Source: a virus. From it: a stretch of 64,000 nt of DNA. The DNA is taken from IMG/VR virus record IMGVR_UViG_3300020175_000005, positions 1 to 64,000 of that record; one strand, 5' to 3'. This document shows, piece by piece, positions 40,002-49,160 of this stretch. Under the pieces are notes generated by a model, which was not told where the DNA came from, did not search any database, and saw nothing but the letters and a program-made list of their open reading frames with translations. Position numbers and translations under genes: made by a program. Each line of letters starts with the position of its first letter. The first letter of the stretch is position 1.

Positions 40002-40568
40002 TCAAGATAATAAAAACAATGCCTCGTCTGGCATCCAATGATCTATCATCCGTTCAGGGTGCCATAACATAGTTACTATATTATCTAATTTCCAACTTTC
40101 GCAATTACCCTGTGGATCTCGGGCAAGTACTGTTGCTCCTGGGGGAATAGTTCCCAATATTTCACCATGTCTACTGCATACATTTTTAGTAATGTCTTTA
40201 TAGTATACAATGTGATCTCGGGCATGCCGATCATTTTTATCTATTGATCCACCAAGACTAGTCGTTAAGAATTGACAACCTCTGCTAATACCCAGTATGG
40301 GTTTATTGTACAGTCTTGCCAAATCTAAAGTGTGTTTCTCTACCTGTAGGCGTTCTTGATTATATTGCCAATCTCCAGTAATCATACTATTGCCGCCAGT
40401 AAACACTACGATATCGCTATCATGTATCCAATCTGTGCGATAATGATCTAATTTGTTTGGAATCGGCCTCAAAGTATGATCCTTGAACATGGAATAAAAT
40501 CCATGATCAAGTGCATCATATGGCCCGTTGCGATAGTCAATCACACGTTGCGTGATTGCTATTTTCAT
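40002..40568 (-). CDS. class I glutamine amidotransferase-like protein (peptidase C26/PuuD-like)
   Basis: FTGG, PILGISRGCQ, WHPE. Confidence 0.8.
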   Translation of the reverse strand: MKIAITQRVIDYRNGPYDALDHGFYSMFKDHTLRPIPNKLDHYRTDWIHDSDIVVFTGGNSMITGDWQYNQERLQVEKHTLDLARLYNKPILGISRGCQFLTTSLGGSIDKNDRHARDHIVYYKDITKNVCSRHGEILGTIPPGATVLARDPQGNCESWKLDNIVTMLWHPERMIDHWMPDEALFLLS

Positions 40569-40880
40569 TTACTCATTTTCTTCGATAATAACGTCCAACG
40601 GATATCCAGCTGAACGGGACTCGGTAATAGTTTCGGTACTCTTCTGTTCTGCGATTTCAAAGCTATATGTACCCACAATGCACCGTCCTTTTTCGTGAAC
40701 TTCCAGCATAATTTCTTTAGCTCTTTCCAGATCATGTCTGTAAATAACCATTAGAATCTGTACTACAAAATCCATGGGCGTAGATTCATCATTTAGCATA
40801 ATGATATTATACTTGTTGGGTGCTTTTAATTTAATTGCAGTGTTTTCTTGGTTAGCCGCTTGAGTCATTATATTTTCCAT
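40569..40880 (-). CDS. clpS: Clp protease adaptor ClpS
   Basis: Y.IIMLNDESTPMDFVVQIL, IMLEVHEKG, EIAEQK, GYPL. Confidence 0.92.
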   Translation of the reverse strand: MENIMTQAANQENTAIKLKAPNKYNIIMLNDESTPMDFVVQILMVIYRHDLERAKEIMLEVHEKGRCIVGTYSFEIAEQKSTETITESRSAGYPLDVIIEENE

Positions 40881-40886
40881 TTAGTT

Positions 40887-40912
40887 ACAGTGGGGAATAA
40901 TTTCCCCACTGT
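40887..40912. terminator. hairpin terminator/stabiliser after the Hsp20 gene
   Basis: ACAGTGGGGAA-TAAT-TTCCCCACTGT. Confidence 0.75.
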
Positions 40913-40923
40913 GTTAGTTATAC

Positions 40924-41352
40924 TTATTTAATTTTGATAGTCTTTGCTTTTTTCTCTTCTGGAACAATGCGTTCTAGTTCAATATAAAGCATGCCATTTT
41001 CCATTGTGGCTCCGTTTACAACTACGTCATCTGACAGTGTCCATGTACGTTTAAACTTGCGCTGTGCAATGCCACGATGTAGCCATTCACCTGCCTGTTC
41101 AACTTCTTGTGGATTATGTGTAATTGTTAGTTTGCCACCTTCAGCAGTGATATCCAAATCATCTTTGGTAACGCCAGCTAATGCAATTTCAATTTGAAAT
41201 TTGTTTTCATTCTGGCGAATGTTGTATGGTGGATAACCAGTGCTTGCCACATTATTTTCGGCATACTGAAACATATCAGTAATGATTTTATCAAAACCCA
41301 CCGCATACGGTGTAATTTTATTTAAATCAAGTGTGGTTAATCTTGTATTCAT
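40924..41352 (-). CDS. ibpA: small heat shock protein (Hsp20/IbpA family)
   Basis: VGFD, GYPPYNI, IEIALAG, LHRGIAQRKF, ENGML.IELERIVPEEKK..I.I. Confidence 0.9.
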   Translation of the reverse strand: MNTRLTTLDLNKITPYAVGFDKIITDMFQYAENNVASTGYPPYNIRQNENKFQIEIALAGVTKDDLDITAEGGKLTITHNPQEVEQAGEWLHRGIAQRKFKRTWTLSDDVVVNGATMENGMLYIELERIVPEEKKAKTIKIK

Positions 41353-41573
41353 TTCGTTACCCCTGTTGCTTTGATTGCATCTGCAACTGTTGCACCAACT
41401 GCATCACCCATATCAGTTGCTGTCTTTGCAAGCTCTTTGGTGTATGTTGTTTGTGCATCAACAAAGTTATTCATAGGCTTTGCTAGTGATTCGGTTTTAA
41501 CGAAAGTTTTAATCCATTCACGCTTGGCATTCTGCACAGCATCAATGAACATGTTTGTCATGTATGTATTCAT
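41349..41573 (-). CDS. small alpha-helical (phasin-like) protein
   Basis: FIDAVQNAK...FV......MNNFVDAQT.YTK; AGGAG RBS; ATGA overlap with the Hsp20 gene. Confidence 0.7.
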   Translation of the reverse strand: MNTYMTNMFIDAVQNAKREWIKTFVKTESLAKPMNNFVDAQTTYTKELAKTATDMGDAVGATVADAIKATGVTK

Positions 41574-41630
41574 CTTTTATCTCCTTTTAAGCAAGATGTA
41601 TTTTTAGGACCCAGCTTAACTGGCATCCTG
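41574..41630 (-). promoter_or_regulatory. ROSE-like RNA thermometer
   Basis: Two hairpins; the 3' hairpin ATCTTGCTT..AAGGAGAT pairs UUGCU with the SD and leaves a bulged G. Confidence 0.7.
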
Positions 41631-41637
41631 TTTTATT

Positions 41638-41682
41638 TATACGCTAGAGCGTATAAAACTATAATATACGCTAGAGCGTATA
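41638..41682. repeat. two copies of the 18-bp palindrome TATACGCT-AG-AGCGTATA (candidate operators)
   Basis: At 41638-41655 and 41665-41682; they overlap the late promoter and the early promoter spacer. Confidence 0.8.
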
Positions 41683-41690
41683 TAGTCAAG

Positions 41691-41912
41691 TTAAGAATTA
41701 TTAATCTTAGCTTGTTTTTTACGCCAACGTGCTTTTCCAGCCGCCGCGGCTCTCAGACGTTTCTCAGTGTTAGTCGTAAACTGTGTACGATCCCTTAACT
41801 CTTGGAAAATGCCCTCGTTGGTTAAAACTTTTTTCAATCGGCGCATTGCCTGATCTACATTATTATTGCGAACGTCTACTGCCGCTCTTTCTGATTTAGG
41901 ATGTTTTGACAT
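41691..41912 (-). CDS. rpsU: ribosomal protein bS21
   Basis: VDVRNNNVDQAMRRLKK....EGIFQELRDR..F....EKR.R.......R.RKK. Confidence 0.9.
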   Translation of the reverse strand: MSKHPKSERAAVDVRNNNVDQAMRRLKKVLTNEGIFQELRDRTQFTTNTEKRLRAAAAGKARWRKKQAKINNS

Positions 41913-42435
41913 TATTTTTTATCTTGGCACTTACTCGATTGCCAGCCCTGCTAATATTTTCTAATTCAACATCAATTAAGTTAGCAAATCTATGTAATAC
42001 TTCTATTGCTAAATGATGCTTTGCTCTCTCCCTGCCACGTAAGATAACAGTTAATGTAACTGTGGCTTGTTTTTCTAAAAACTTCTGAGCATGTTTCGCT
42101 TTGGTATTCAAGTCATTTAGATCAGTGTTGATACCTAATCGTATCTCTTTCTGTTCTGTCGCTGACTCCCGCTGACGTTTCTTTGATTCTTTAGCCTTTT
42201 GTTTTTGTTCATAAAGATACTTATTTAGGTCCACTATTTTACAAACTGGCGGATCTGCTTTTTCCACAATCAAAACCAAGTCAAGCTCTAATTGTTTAGC
42301 AAGAGCAAGTGCTTCTGTGGTCTTCATAATTTCGCTATTATCATCCCAATTGACACGTATCGTTGATTGCGTGATGTTTCTATTTGCTATAACCCTTGGG
42401 CCTTTATCCTTGGAATTATTATACTTATTACTCAA
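41896..42435 (-). CDS. infC: translation initiation factor IF-3
   Basis: N.NI....IRV, ALALA....LDLV....ADPPVCKIVDLNKYLYE, KEIRL, RGRE; TTG start. Confidence 0.9.
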   Translation of the reverse strand: MSNKYNNSKDKGPRVIANRNITQSTIRVNWDDNSEIMKTTEALALAKQLELDLVLIVEKADPPVCKIVDLNKYLYEQKQKAKESKKRQRESATEQKEIRLGINTDLNDLNTKAKHAQKFLEKQATVTLTVILRGRERAKHHLAIEVLHRFANLIDVELENISRAGNRVSAKIKNNVKTS

Positions 42436-43666
42436 TATTACTGCCTTTTTGCATGTGTGGTTTCTTACCTTTATTTATCACTTCGTCAGTAATTAACACA
42501 CTAGTAAACCCCCTGGCATGATTGTCGGGAAGATTATACTGTGTGTCCATTAGTGCATCGTCTAAAATTTTTCGTAATCCCCTAGCACCAAGACCTTGAT
42601 TAATCGCAATGTTAGCCACTGCCTTAACACTTTCTATTGTAAACTCTAAATTAAATTTGTCAAGTGCAAATAGAGCTTTATATTGTTCTACTAAGCTATT
42701 CTTGGGTTCTGTTAGTACTTTGACCAAGTCATCTTCAGTTAATTCACGCAATACACTTACACATGGAATTCTACCAACAAATTCTGGTATTAATCCGTAC
42801 TGTACTAAGTCTCGTGTTTCCAGGTGTTCTTCCCATTGGTGTTCACTTAGTGATTTGTCAGTAAATCCAATCTTACTTTTACCTAACCGTTGCATTACCT
42901 GATTGTCTAAACCAACAAATGCTCCACTTACAATAAACAAGATATCCTTGGTATTTATTTCTATAGTTTCTGGATTAGCTTGTGGCTTATTTGGTACCTT
43001 TACCACAGTGCCTTCCATTAACTTGAGTAAACTTTGCTGTACGCCTTCGCCACTCACATCTCTGCTCAGTGATACCATGTCGTTACGCTTTGCTTTTTTA
43101 TCAATCTCGTCTACATAGATAATACCAATTTGTGCTTTTTCAATATTATAATCAGCAGCTTGAACTAGGCGCTGGATTAGTACCTCAGCATCGTCCCCGG
43201 CATATCCACTCTCAGTAATAGTAGTTGCATCAGTAATAACAAACGGCACTTCCAGTACTTTACTTAGAGTTTGGGCAATCAAAGTTTTACCTACGCCTGT
43301 GGGTCCTAATAATAACAAGTTACTTTTTTGTATGTCAACATCACCATCATTTAATAATACCCGCTTGTAATGGTTATATACTGCTACGCTTACACCTTTT
43401 TTAACATGATCCTGACCAATTATATATTTGTTTAAATGCTCGTGTATTTTTGGAGGAGATATTCCACCAATATTTCGTTTAATATTATTAATAATTTTAG
43501 TTCGACTATGGCGGCGCCGCTTCTTTTCTAGAATGTCATGACTCAACCCAACACATTTATCACAAATATGTATCTGCGGCGATTCGCCTTGCAGTAACTG
43601 GCTTACTTCATCATTTGCTTTTCCACAAAAGTTGCAGTAGGGGTTATTGGATATCAGCTGGACCAT
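42428..43666 (-). CDS. clpX: ATP-dependent Clp protease ATPase subunit ClpX
   Basis: C4 zinc-binding domain (CNFC...CDKC), AVYNHYKR, GPTGVGKT, DEIDK, RDVSGEGVQQ, IGF loop, GARGLR. Confidence 0.95.
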   Translation of the reverse strand: MVQLISNNPYCNFCGKANDEVSQLLQGESPQIHICDKCVGLSHDILEKKRRRHSRTKIINNIKRNIGGISPPKIHEHLNKYIIGQDHVKKGVSVAVYNHYKRVLLNDGDVDIQKSNLLLLGPTGVGKTLIAQTLSKVLEVPFVITDATTITESGYAGDDAEVLIQRLVQAADYNIEKAQIGIIYVDEIDKKAKRNDMVSLSRDVSGEGVQQSLLKLMEGTVVKVPNKPQANPETIEINTKDILFIVSGAFVGLDNQVMQRLGKSKIGFTDKSLSEHQWEEHLETRDLVQYGLIPEFVGRIPCVSVLRELTEDDLVKVLTEPKNSLVEQYKALFALDKFNLEFTIESVKAVANIAINQGLGARGLRKILDDALMDTQYNLPDNHARGFTSVLITDEVINKGKKPHMQKGSNIE

Positions 43667-44081
43667 AAAATTCTTTTTTTATCATTTGTTCGACTTCTTC
43701 CCAGTTTTGTAGTATCGGATATTTAGCTTGAACATTCAACAAGCGAATTGCATCTAATTTTTTATTTTTGGGAGAGTAAAATGCAACAAAACCGTTCTCT
43801 TTTGCAGTTGCAGCTAAAATATCAGTCCACTGGCACGTGTCTAGATCAACAATCATAATATCAACTGAACGGCTAACATACCAGAGCCAAGGGAGAGATT
43901 GCTCATTGGTTGGTGTTTGTTGTACATAAAATATAATACTACTGGTAATACACTTTTCAATTAGTAGTTTTACATCATCAACAAACTTTTTTTGATTACT
44001 AATTATCATTATACTAATGCCATTGTCTGTCAGCATTAAGTCGGGGCTAGTTACAGTGTAACTGCTGTTGTCTCGTTTCAT
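43644..44081 (-). CDS. hypothetical protein
   Basis: VTSPD N-terminal motif; coupled to its neighbours. Confidence 0.7.
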   Translation of the reverse strand: MKRDNSSYTVTSPDLMLTDNGISIMIISNQKKFVDDVKLLIEKCITSSIIFYVQQTPTNEQSLPWLWYVSRSVDIMIVDLDTCQWTDILAATAKENGFVAFYSPKNKKLDAIRLLNVQAKYPILQNWEEVEQMIKKEFYGPADIQ

Positions 44082-45955
44082 TTTTTACCTATATTAATTT
44101 CTTTGGTTAATGCTTGATACACTTGTTGTATAGTTTCTTCATCTGCGACTTCGAGCATTTTCTCAATTTCACCGGTTCCATCTGCATTAATAATATCTTT
44201 TACTGCAATGCGTTCAGTAGGTACATTGGATGACGGCCATAAGCCTTCTTGTTTCATATTAGCTACTGTTTTTCCAACTTGATTCAGGGTTGCTTCTCTA
44301 TGCGCTTGCTTTCTTGATTTGTTGTTTAATTCATACTGTTGTTGATCAATAAGGTAGTTTTTCTTGCCTGTTTCTTCGTCAATAGTGTATTGCTGTCCTT
44401 GGTCGTCAACAAACACTACTGACTCAGCTACAGTCTGTGGTTCTGGTTTTTCTGTGACTGCTGGTTCTACAATTGGCTCTGGTTCTATCTTTTTATCTTT
44501 TATTACTTTCTTTCGCTTGCTTGGATTGTTTTCTACAAGTGTGATACCAGCAATAACAAGAACAATTGCTAATGGATCAAATACAAATACCAATAGTAAT
44601 ATAACCCAACGTACTGCCTCCTCCAACATGTTTTCTGCACCGGATCCATATACCAACTCAGCAATATATTTAACTGGACCAACCTCTGCTTCAAGTTGTC
44701 TTGCAGTTGCCTCTAAAGTATACTTTTGTTCAATGAGAATGTCAATAGCAGAATTAGCAGATTTAATTTTATCAGTCTCTGCTTGAATAGTGTCTTCAAC
44801 TTGATTGTCGGCACCGATTTGTATATTATTACGCAGGCGCTGTATTAGTTCTTGGCTTGCCAATACCTGTGCATCTGCACTATTTCTAATTCTAGCAATT
44901 TCATCTCTTGCTGTTGCGATTGCAGGAGACTCTGTAGAACGCACTTCTTCAATCTTACCCAGCATTGTTACTTCACGTTGTTTAAGTGTAGGTATTTGTG
45001 TTGTGCGAATGTTGTCAACCACGTTAGCTAATCGCTTACGTTCAGCTTCAACTTGTCCAGTTGCATCTACCCGTATTTTAGATACATCTGTTTGTATTTG
45101 TGTGATGCGCTCACGTTGTGCATCAACCCAAGCTACCAATGCTCTGCGTGTGTTGTTACCAAATGCTCCGTCACTTGTTACTCCGATAATCGCCTGTCCA
45201 GCACGTACTTGTTCACGCTCTTTGCTTTGTAGTTGATTGGTTACACGGATAATTTCTTGCTCAATGCTTGTGATGTTGTTTAGTAACGGCTCAACTGTTG
45301 AAGTATCTGCATTTAGTGTTGTAATTTTTTGTTCATATTCATTGGCAGTTGCCTCGAGCCTTAATACTTCTGCTTTTATGCTAGTAAGTTGTTCTTCATA
45401 CGGGGCAGTACGAGTTGCATCATCAGATCTTGCATTTTGTATAATAAGGTTTTGTTCTTCAATTGCAGGTTGAATGCGGATGTATGTGTTGTCAATACGC
45501 TGTTGTTCAGTATTGATTTGTTCTTGCAGACTGTCATTTTCATTACCAGTACTGGTTTCTGCTTTTATAATTTTTTGTTCCGCTCTAGCAATGATTGATT
45601 CATTACGTGCGATATCAGTATTAATACGTTCAATCTGAGCCACGCCCTCAGTCGCTAAACTTGTTTGTTCAATATGTGCTTTGGATAGGAAACCAAAGAT
45701 TCCCATGCTCGTGATGAACATTAATGTTAATACTGCTACAGTCAAATATGTTTTAATGAGAAATGCTGCTTGCTTCCAATACAAATGTAACCACACTGCT
45801 GAAGTTAGCTTTCCTATTTCCAACACAACACCCATAATAATAATAGGCACCATGGCACTAGCAAAGATTGCCACTAACCCAATAATACTATAATATGCTG
45901 CAACTATACTAATTGACAGGGCGGCAAATATTGTCCAAAAGCCGTATAATCTCAT
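44078..45955 (-). CDS. membrane-anchored coiled-coil protein with peptidoglycan-binding motif
   Basis: N-terminal TMs (AAYYSIIGL..IF, ITSMGIFGFLSKAH); Q..IGV.SDG.FG.NTR motif; EVGPVKYIA..VFDPLA. Confidence 0.75.
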   Translation of the reverse strand: MRLYGFWTIFAALSISIVAAYYSIIGLVAIFASAMVPIIIMGVVLEIGKLTSAVWLHLYWKQAAFLIKTYLTVAVLTLMFITSMGIFGFLSKAHIEQTSLATEGVAQIERINTDIARNESIIARAEQKIIKAETSTGNENDSLQEQINTEQQRIDNTYIRIQPAIEEQNLIIQNARSDDATRTAPYEEQLTSIKAEVLRLEATANEYEQKITTLNADTSTVEPLLNNITSIEQEIIRVTNQLQSKEREQVRAGQAIIGVTSDGAFGNNTRRALVAWVDAQRERITQIQTDVSKIRVDATGQVEAERKRLANVVDNIRTTQIPTLKQREVTMLGKIEEVRSTESPAIATARDEIARIRNSADAQVLASQELIQRLRNNIQIGADNQVEDTIQAETDKIKSANSAIDILIEQKYTLEATARQLEAEVGPVKYIAELVYGSGAENMLEEAVRWVILLLVFVFDPLAIVLVIAGITLVENNPSKRKKVIKDKKIEPEPIVEPAVTEKPEPQTVAESVVFVDDQGQQYTIDEETGKKNYLIDQQQYELNNKSRKQAHREATLNQVGKTVANMKQEGLWPSSNVPTERIAVKDIINADGTGEIEKMLEVADEETIQQVYQALTKEINIGKK

Positions 45956-46305
45956 TTTAAATAATATGGATTAGCAAATCCACGCTCCACCAATGTATCA
46001 TTTATATTAGTCGTTTCCTGTGTTTCAGGATCAATAGAATATATAATTCCCAAGATCCTTCCAAACTTTCCTCGTTTATTTAATATAGTTTCAACAATAA
46101 ATTCAGAGGTCAATAATTCAGTTAAGCATTGTTTTGATCCCAAGCCTAATATTTTTTCTTCTTCATTTTTAGATCTACTAGTGGGAGTATCAATACCATA
46201 TAATCGGATCCGCTGTTTGACAAAAACACTAAATCCAAGATCAATCTCAGCATCGATTGTGTCACCATCAATGACTCTAATTAATTTTGCTTTATATGTA
46301 TACAT
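45952..46305 (-). CDS. thermonuclease (SNase) family protein
   Basis: VIDGDTID, RIRLYGIDTP, GKFGRILG. Confidence 0.9.
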   Translation of the reverse strand: MYTYKAKLIRVIDGDTIDAEIDLGFSVFVKQRIRLYGIDTPTSRSKNEEEKILGLGSKQCLTELLTSEFIVETILNKRGKFGRILGIIYSIDPETQETTNINDTLVERGFANPYYLK

Positions 46306-46390
46306 GCGCTTTACCTTTGTTTAAAAAAAGATACACATGTATCTTCCATATATTATTTATTACTTTATCAGCAATCCAAATATTACTACT

Positions 46391-47074
46391 TTATTTTTTA
46401 TTATCCTGTATCCAACGTTTGGCGGCTGGCATCTTGGGAGGTGTACCCAAAAATTTACGTAGATTTTTGTCTACTTCTTGGAAGTTTTCTGCGCGATCTG
46501 GATCTTCCAATCCACCCGAATTATCAACAACTAGGAAATTTGCCGCGCCAAACAGTTGTTGAAATTTCATAAGGTTCTGTTGTACAGATTGCCACATTTT
46601 AGTGACCATCTCAGCGGGTATACTTCTTGCTCGAGCTTGGTTACGTTGTTGTGCTACTGCTTCGCTGGTGTTGACAAAAATCATCAGTGTGTCATAGCCA
46701 AGTTCTTTGAGTGCTTTGTTTGCTTTGGATACTTTGGCAACATCTTTACCAGTGCCGTCGATAATAAGACCCAAGCGTCCATCCAGGTAGATATTTTCAC
46801 GCTTTTTAGTAAGTGACTTGGCACGGTCTCGTGTCTCTTGTCCTTGTGGACTAGCAATAACTTCTGGATCACTCATATCCATGTCATGCTTTTGCATCAA
46901 ATATTCGTAGATTTCATCACTATTGACACTTTTAAGACCAGAACCAGCAAGCATCCGGTTGGCGACAAAACTTTTGCCACTGCCAGGACCACCTGCTAGG
47001 AATACTGCTTTAAAAATGTGAGGATCGTTGGGACCTTCTTCAATCTGCTGTTCTAGTATATCATGTATTTTCAT
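46391..47074 (-). CDS. P-loop kinase (AAA_33/zeta-toxin-like)
   Basis: AVFLAGGPGSGKS, VNSD, LIIDGTG, RNQARAR; MKIHDI N-terminus. Confidence 0.85.
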   Translation of the reverse strand: MKIHDILEQQIEEGPNDPHIFKAVFLAGGPGSGKSFVANRMLAGSGLKSVNSDEIYEYLMQKHDMDMSDPEVIASPQGQETRDRAKSLTKKRENIYLDGRLGLIIDGTGKDVAKVSKANKALKELGYDTLMIFVNTSEAVAQQRNQARARSIPAEMVTKMWQSVQQNLMKFQQLFGAANFLVVDNSGGLEDPDRAENFQEVDKNLRKFLGTPPKMPAAKRWIQDNKK

Positions 47075-47082
47075 GCCGATAT

Positions 47083-47931
47083 TTATGCAGGGTTGTCAAT
47101 TAGGATTACACAAAATGAACTACTTACTAGTGAATTATTTGTAGTACTGTAAGCACGAACTTCAATATCATCACATTCATTTACTACAATTGGGATATTA
47201 TAGTTTTTAGCATATGTTGTTGCGCTTACTGTGATAATATCACGAGCATTCCAACTACCGTCGCCTGGTGCATCTGGATCACGTGTCATAAGCATTGCAA
47301 TTGCATCTGTATTTTGTTTACCAGCACCAACAGTCCATTGTGTAATATAACCTGTCTTACCTGCCGGAATTGTATATTGTGCCATAAACGTTTGTCCACG
47401 TCCTGCTGCATTTGAACCTGTTCCATCAATGCCGATAATTGCTAATACTGTTGATGTATCATCACTAGTAATACTGATAGTTCCTTCGTTAACACCACTA
47501 GAACCTGCTGTTAATATTTTAACACGAAACACACGTTTAAATGCTCCAATGGTGGTTGTGCCAACATCAACTGTTTCCACAACAACTTCACCTGCTTGAT
47601 TCATGCCTTGTATCTCTACAATTCTAGCACCAGAACCAGCTGGCGCATCTTCTATGCTATCACTTGTTACAGTAAGTGTTTCGGCTGTTTCAATGTATGT
47701 GTAAATTCCGCCGCCGTCCCAGATGGTTTCTTTATCACTGTCTACGTCTAGGTTCATACCAAACTTTTCAATATGGCTTACGCCGTCAATATCGCCGTCT
47801 GCTAGTTGTATACCCCAACCAAAGTTATTTCCAATAACTCGTAGTGCAGGAAGTCCTGCAGCGTTGTATTCCATTGCGCGGTTTGGTCCGCTTAAATTTG
47901 GATCTTTATGTGGATGTTGATAATCACTCAT
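47083..47931 (-). CDS. probable virion structural protein
   Basis: Beta-rich; KFG.N.DVD...ETIW.GG...Y, GAR.VEIQG, GQTFMAQYTIPAG. Confidence 0.7.
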   Translation of the reverse strand: MSDYQHPHKDPNLSGPNRAMEYNAAGLPALRVIGNNFGWGIQLADGDIDGVSHIEKFGMNLDVDSDKETIWDGGGIYTYIETAETLTVTSDSIEDAPAGSGARIVEIQGMNQAGEVVVETVDVGTTTIGAFKRVFRVKILTAGSSGVNEGTISITSDDTSTVLAIIGIDGTGSNAAGRGQTFMAQYTIPAGKTGYITQWTVGAGKQNTDAIAMLMTRDPDAPGDGSWNARDIITVSATTYAKNYNIPIVVNECDDIEVRAYSTTNNSLVSSSFCVILIDNPA

Positions 47932-47942
47932 TGTTTAATTCC

Positions 47943-48419
47943 TTACCATTTTCTACAAGACCAATAACGTGCTTTTGTCTTTGGTCCTGGATTGTCACAA
48001 TTATGTCTTGCTCTAAAACTCTTACGTGCTTTGGGATTATTTTTTCGAATCTTCATAGCTTTGCCTTTGACACTGCTTCCGCCGTGACCAAAGTTAACTT
48101 TCTTAACGTTTCCTGTTTTTGGGTCCTTAACATATACTTTAAACTTCTTTACATCGCCTTGCATTGGCTTGTTTAGTTTAACAGTACGTCCTTGATATTC
48201 CGCTTCAAAAAGTTCACTTTCGCACAGGCTATAACCCAAGTAACCATAATCTTCAAAAAATTCTTCGTCACATTCATAAGTGTATTCTGTTTCACTTACT
48301 TTAACACAATTATTAACACGCTTGCCACCTTTCATTTTGGTGCCATCCTTACGGTAGCCCTTCCAACATGATGGATCTAAACGTTGTTCTGCTTCTGTTA
48401 CGAATTCATCAATTTTCAT
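47943..48419 (-). CDS. conserved T4-like phage protein
   Basis: CWKGY...G.K......NCVK; EAEYQGR.VKLNKP...KSFRARH.C...ARYWSC; start MKIDEF. Confidence 0.8.
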   Translation of the reverse strand: MKIDEFVTEAEQRLDPSCWKGYRKDGTKMKGGKRVNNCVKVSETEYTYECDEEFFEDYGYLGYSLCESELFEAEYQGRTVKLNKPMQGDVKKFKVYVKDPKTGNVKKVNFGHGGSSVKGKAMKIRKNNPKARKSFRARHNCDNPGPKTKARYWSCRKW

Positions 48420-48488
48420 TTTATGCTTCCTTAGATGATAAAGGGGAGCAGAAGCTCCCCTACTATACATCTATTTATGCATATTTAA

Positions 48489-49103
48489 TTATTTTTTAAC
48501 GATAACCTTGTCTGCCAAGCCCCATTCAACTGCTTCTGATGCTGATAGGAATGTATCAAACTTCATTGTCTCAAACATATCTTCATATGTCTTGCCCGCT
48601 GTATTGTGCTTGACATATGTTTCAGTAAGCTGACGATTTAGTTTTTTGCTTTCTTCAAAGCTGCGGATTGCGTCTTCCATCTCAAGTTCTTGTACATGTA
48701 CACTGCCGCTTGTACCACGTGTACCTGAGCTAACACGGTGAATCATTGTACGACTGTTGGGCAATACAAGACGCTTGCCGGGTTCACCTGCCATTGCCAA
48801 GAAGCTGCCCATACTGCATGCTTGTCCCATTACAATTGTTGATACTGGTGCATTGATAAACTGCATTGTATCGTAAATCGCAAGGCCGCTTGTTACACTA
48901 CCGCCTGGGCTGTTAATATAGAAGTTGATATCTTCTTCACTGTTTTGTGATTCTAGGAAAAGCATTTGTGCTACTACTAAGTTTGCACTGTTATCGTTTA
49001 CTTCGCCGTTGAGCATTACAATACGGTCTTTGAGTAGACGGCTGTAAATGTCGTATGAACGTTCACCACGTCCTGTTTGTTCTACCACCATAGGTACTAG
49101 CAT
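48489..49103 (-). CDS. clpP: ATP-dependent Clp protease proteolytic subunit ClpP
   Basis: [34 protein letters not shown], catalytic Ser in ACSMGS, His in MIH. Confidence 0.96.
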   Translation of the reverse strand: MLVPMVVEQTGRGERSYDIYSRLLKDRIVMLNGEVNDNSANLVVAQMLFLESQNSEEDINFYINSPGGSVTSGLAIYDTMQFINAPVSTIVMGQACSMGSFLAMAGEPGKRLVLPNSRTMIHRVSSGTRGTSGSVHVQELEMEDAIRSFEESKKLNRQLTETYVKHNTAGKTYEDMFETMKFDTFLSASEAVEWGLADKVIVKK

Positions 49104-49160
49104 GTTTGTTTTCCTTTTTAGATTGTATACTATATAATTTATAGTATGACTGTGTTTATG

